Shown one piece after another: positions 60,838 through 64,000 of a stretch of DNA of 64,000 nt (its first letter is position 1; the number at the start of each line of letters is the position of its first letter). Both the position numbers and the translations under genes were made by a program. The notes under the pieces were generated by a model, which ran no database searches, was not told the DNA's origin, and saw only the letters and a program-made list of their open reading frames with translations. The stretch is taken from sequence record NC_005260.1. One strand, written 5' to 3'.

Positions 60838-61914
60838 ATGGCCAACAAAACAGTCACTATGTTAAACAACGGTGTCAAGACTATTTCAGACGCCGCTGGT
60901 AAATTTATCGGTGAATTTCTAAGTTCGCCGAGCGGCGAAACTGGGATTCAAGCATTACAATATCCACTCGCTATGAAAGGCGAGGCAGATCGCCACAAAA
61001 ACTATCTATGTTTTTATGCCGTTGATGCAACTGCACAGGGTTTGAGCAATTCGGATATTCAAAATCGGAGTCTGAATAGCGTTAGTGGTAAATTCAACGA
61101 GAAAACAATTGCCGTTATTCAGATGTACATGCCTAGTTTAAACCAAAATATCAGTCATGAATACAGCGATAATGATGGCGGTTTCTTGCAAGATATGATG
61201 ATGAACTATGCTGGCTCTGCTGGCTCCGGTATTATCGAGACGGGCAAAGATCTGGGTATTGCGCTTGCGAAAACTGCGATTCAACAAGTAACCGTTAATC
61301 TGGGAAAAGCAACTCAACAATATAACGCGCAATTAAGCGGTAAAGTATTGGGTAGCAGAAGTGCTAATATGTACAAAAATACATCACTTAGATCCCAAAC
61401 GTTTTTGTACAACTTGCGTCCTAAGAACTTAGCGGAACTAAAAGAAGTTGGACAGATCATCCGTGCTTTCTTGTTGTATAGCTCTGCATCTTCGGAGGGA
61501 GCGACTTCTATCAACTCGATGATAGGTAGCATTGGCGGTAATGCGAACGTGCTCCAAAGTGAGCTTGGAAGCGGCGGTGGGTCTGAGAGTATTCAAGTGT
61601 TGAAAGTGCCTCCTCTTTGGTATCTGGAAGAACGAATTAACAGTCAGGCTGCATCAGCGGAGATCAGATATACACCAAAGTTTGCAATGGGTCCTTGTGC
61701 GCTAACTAATATTCGTATAACTAGCACACCGGAACAGATTTACAACTCATTCGAGGGCACTGCTGGTGACCCAATTGCTATTGACTTGGAACTGACATTC
61801 ACTGAATTGCGTCCTGTGTTCAGAGAATATTGGGACAACTTGACAAAGAATTTAGGCGCACAAGATTCAGGGCAATTCTTCTTTGGATCATACGGAAGTA
61901 AGGAAAGCAAATAA
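60838..61914 (+). CDS. 48: gp48 baseplate tail-tube cap
   Basis: LQYPL, YNLRPKN, PPLW, GPCALTNI, IDLELTFTE. Confidence 0.8.
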   Translation: MANKTVTMLNNGVKTISDAAGKFIGEFLSSPSGETGIQALQYPLAMKGEADRHKNYLCFYAVDATAQGLSNSDIQNRSLNSVSGKFNEKTIAVIQMYMPSLNQNISHEYSDNDGGFLQDMMMNYAGSAGSGIIETGKDLGIALAKTAIQQVTVNLGKATQQYNAQLSGKVLGSRSANMYKNTSLRSQTFLYNLRPKNLAELKEVGQIIRAFLLYSSASSEGATSINSMIGSIGGNANVLQSELGSGGGSESIQVLKVPPLWYLEERINSQAASAEIRYTPKFAMGPCALTNIRITSTPEQIYNSFEGTAGDPIAIDLELTFTELRPVFREYWDNLTKNLGAQDSGQFFFGSYGSKESK

Positions 61915-62480
61915 TGTTGATGCAATTTTTTGACCCAATTACATACAACGGTATTCCAACTGCGAACATTTTTAAAAGCTACGGTAAGTATTTCAATGAA
62001 GTCGCTGGTAGCTTTATTCTACGTCGATATTTCGTGACGGGTGATCCCCGTCCCGAATTACTTGCACATAGATTATACGGAAATAGTTCATACTACTGGA
62101 TTTTGTTGATGTTGAATAACATATATGACCCATTTCATGGGTGGATTAAGTCGCAGGAACAAGTATATAGTTCCGCAGCGCAAAAGTATAAGAACATGCC
62201 CGACAAAGAAAATACCGTGTTGTATCACGTTGATTCGGAAGGGAAGCGTTATTACAGAATGAAAGAATTTCCGATTGGCTCAAAGAACTGGTATGATATT
62301 GGTGATAATCTGAATAGATTTATTCAGCACACCGGAGCACTTGCTCCTGTTAGTGCAATTGAGCATGAATTAAACGAGAACGAAAACAAACGAAATATTG
62401 TTATTCTGAGTCCGTCCGATTTACAAACATTCTTGGACATGTTGACTCGTAGAATGGAGAGAGTTCGCCGTGGCAGTTGA
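61914..62480 (+). CDS. 53: gp53 baseplate wedge subunit (LysM-like)
   Basis: RPELLAHRLYGNSSYYWILLMLNNIYDPF. Confidence 0.9.
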   Translation: MLMQFFDPITYNGIPTANIFKSYGKYFNEVAGSFILRRYFVTGDPRPELLAHRLYGNSSYYWILLMLNNIYDPFHGWIKSQEQVYSSAAQKYKNMPDKENTVLYHVDSEGKRYYRMKEFPIGSKNWYDIGDNLNRFIQHTGALAPVSAIEHELNENENKRNIVILSPSDLQTFLDMLTRRMERVRRGS

Positions 62481-63696
62481 ACGCATTAGTGCCAGTTCGC
62501 TTGAGAATTTCACCATTGAGCGAATATTGGTAATGCAGGGTGAAAACGGATTTGAAGTAAGTGATGCCTTTTATTCAATCGAGATTAACGAGGGAATGAC
62601 AAAGGGGTTTATAACTGGTGTGTTGACTATCAAAAACGATGCTGATTTTCTTGACACCGCTATGAATCCACGAGGAGACGAATTTATCGAAATTAGTTTC
62701 TATCACAAATATCCGGGCGGTGGATCCGGTAAAAAGTTTTCTAAGCTGTTTCGCGTCAACTCATATAAAGAAATGACGGACGCTAATACAATGAGCCGCG
62801 GTTTGATTGAATTCCACTTTGAAAGTGTAGGCTCAGTTGAAAATGAATTTGTTCGTGTTTCCAAGTCATACGCAAACGTTGGTACTCACGTTATTGTTGC
62901 TGATATGCTCAAGCTATTGGGCTATAAGGACAGTGATATGAAAATCGAGCCAACGTTGTATAACAAAGACATTGTTATTCCAAACATAACACCAGTTGAA
63001 GTAATTGGACATTTGGTAGATCACTCTCAATCGGGTGACTCAATCACGAAAGGAGATAGTAACTTTTATTTCTTCGAGAACAGGGATCAGATCAACTTTG
63101 TTAGTGGGTCAAGTCTTGTGAATGCCGCTCCGGTTGCAACTTATGTTTATAGCATGACGAGCGATCAAAATTTTCAGGGAAAAGTTATTAAGTTTATCCG
63201 TGATCGAGGATATAACTTGAGGGATCAGGCAAGAAGCGGTGCATTTGGTGTGACCGTTATTTCAAACAGTCTGGTAGACAAAAGTTATAAAGTAACTCCA
63301 TTGGAAGTCGAAAGCGTCAAAGAAGTATACAAGACGTTAAACACTGATAAGTGGTACGGTGGTACTATCGGAAATAATCGCGATTCGTGCGTTATGATGT
63401 CCTGTGAAGATCAGATGTATCAATATCTGAATATGGGAGCAAACGGTAACAGCCTCGGTATTCAAAGAGTAAATAGATCAAACTTCAATGCTAAAAGAGC
63501 ATTTGCTCGCATTGGCGGAAATACCGACATTACAAGTGGAAGTGTTATTGACTTGAAAGTGCCGAGTATGAGCGGAACAAACAATAACAGAGATAGCGGC
63601 AAGTGGATCGTTTTCTCTGTTCGTCATTTCATAACGAGAGAGCAATATTTTATGGATCTTGAGTTAATGAGTGATTCAGATATTAGGAGATCATAA
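62470..63696 (+). CDS. gp27-like baseplate hub protein
   Basis: 408 aa between 53 and 5; YFFENRDQINF, GNTDITSG, VRHFI. Confidence 0.6.
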   Translation: MAVERISASSLENFTIERILVMQGENGFEVSDAFYSIEINEGMTKGFITGVLTIKNDADFLDTAMNPRGDEFIEISFYHKYPGGGSGKKFSKLFRVNSYKEMTDANTMSRGLIEFHFESVGSVENEFVRVSKSYANVGTHVIVADMLKLLGYKDSDMKIEPTLYNKDIVIPNITPVEVIGHLVDHSQSGDSITKGDSNFYFFENRDQINFVSGSSLVNAAPVATYVYSMTSDQNFQGKVIKFIRDRGYNLRDQARSGAFGVTVISNSLVDKSYKVTPLEVESVKEVYKTLNTDKWYGGTIGNNRDSCVMMSCEDQMYQYLNMGANGNSLGIQRVNRSNFNAKRAFARIGGNTDITSGSVIDLKVPSMSGTNNNRDSGKWIVFSVRHFITREQYFMDLELMSDSDIRRS

Positions 63697-64000
63697 TGTT
63701 TTATGGTTTGAGTTATAAATGGTTTGAGGGGGTCGTTGAGGATCGATTTGACCCTCTCGATCTCGGACGTGTTCGTGTTCGTGTTATGGGAATTCATAGC
63801 AATCAAAAAGCAAAGAACGACAAGAACGGTATTCCAACGGAAGAGTTATTGTGGATGCATCCAATGCTACCAATTACTTCTGCTGCTGTTTCTGGCATAG
63901 GACAAAGTCCAACCGGCTTATTAGAAGGATCTCACGTTGTCGGGTATTTCAGAGATAAATTCTGTCAAGACGGGGTTATTGTTGGGTCTCTTCCTGGGAT
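63696..64000 (+). CDS. 5: gp5 baseplate hub / tail lysozyme, N-terminal part
   Basis: Manual translation MFYGLSYKWFEGVVEDRFDPLDLGRVRVRVMGIH...LLWMHP...SGIGQSPTG. Confidence 0.92.
   Translation, partial: MFYGLSYKWFEGVVEDRFDPLDLGRVRVRVMGIHSNQKAKNDKNGIPTEELLWMHPMLPITSAAVSGIGQSPTGLLEGSHVVGYFRDKFCQDGVIVGSLPG

Overview
Segment of a large lytic T4-like (Straboviridae-type) phage genome. Features such as a PARP-like gene, NAMPT, CTAAATA late promoters and a very large tRNA cluster suggest an Aeh1/KVP40-like lineage; this is inference, no search was run. Nearly everything up to ~60.8 kb is on the minus strand. 1-34 kb is an accessory region of sigma70-type promoter/terminator cassettes. It holds a DNA-modification block (NPPY adenine MTase, GT-A glycosyltransferase), an HNH protein, an HD alarmone-hydrolase-like protein, UvsE, NAMPT, a beta-barrel OMP, an NrdC.11 nucleotidyltransferase, a 1211-aa PARP-like protein and an ADP-ribosylglycohydrolase. 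34-53 kb carries a DUF2828 (TROVE/Ro60-like + vWA) protein, tk, creA, 23 tRNAs and an unusually rich set of tRNA-shaped and other structured RNAs. 53-64 kb is T4 core: 57B/Acb1, 57A, 1, 3, tape-measure-like, 26, 54, 2, 4, then 48, 53, 27-like and the start of 5 on the plus strand. Top findings: (1) six RNAs share a stem + C(A/T/C)GCAA module in three topologies (standalone, YrlA-like permuted tRNA, inserted into a tRNA anticodon arm) in a genome encoding a Ro60-like protein; (2) a tmRNA-like tRNA domain with G3-U70 and CCA is followed by a separate piece resembling the mRNA-like domain; (3) a -1 slippery site at the end of gene 26 would generate a gp51-like protein; (4) a tRNA-Arg(UCU) has a 28-nt anticodon-loop insertion; (5) a 51-bp-core palindromic repeat occurs three times. 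All structures were derived by eye and family calls rest on motif recognition.
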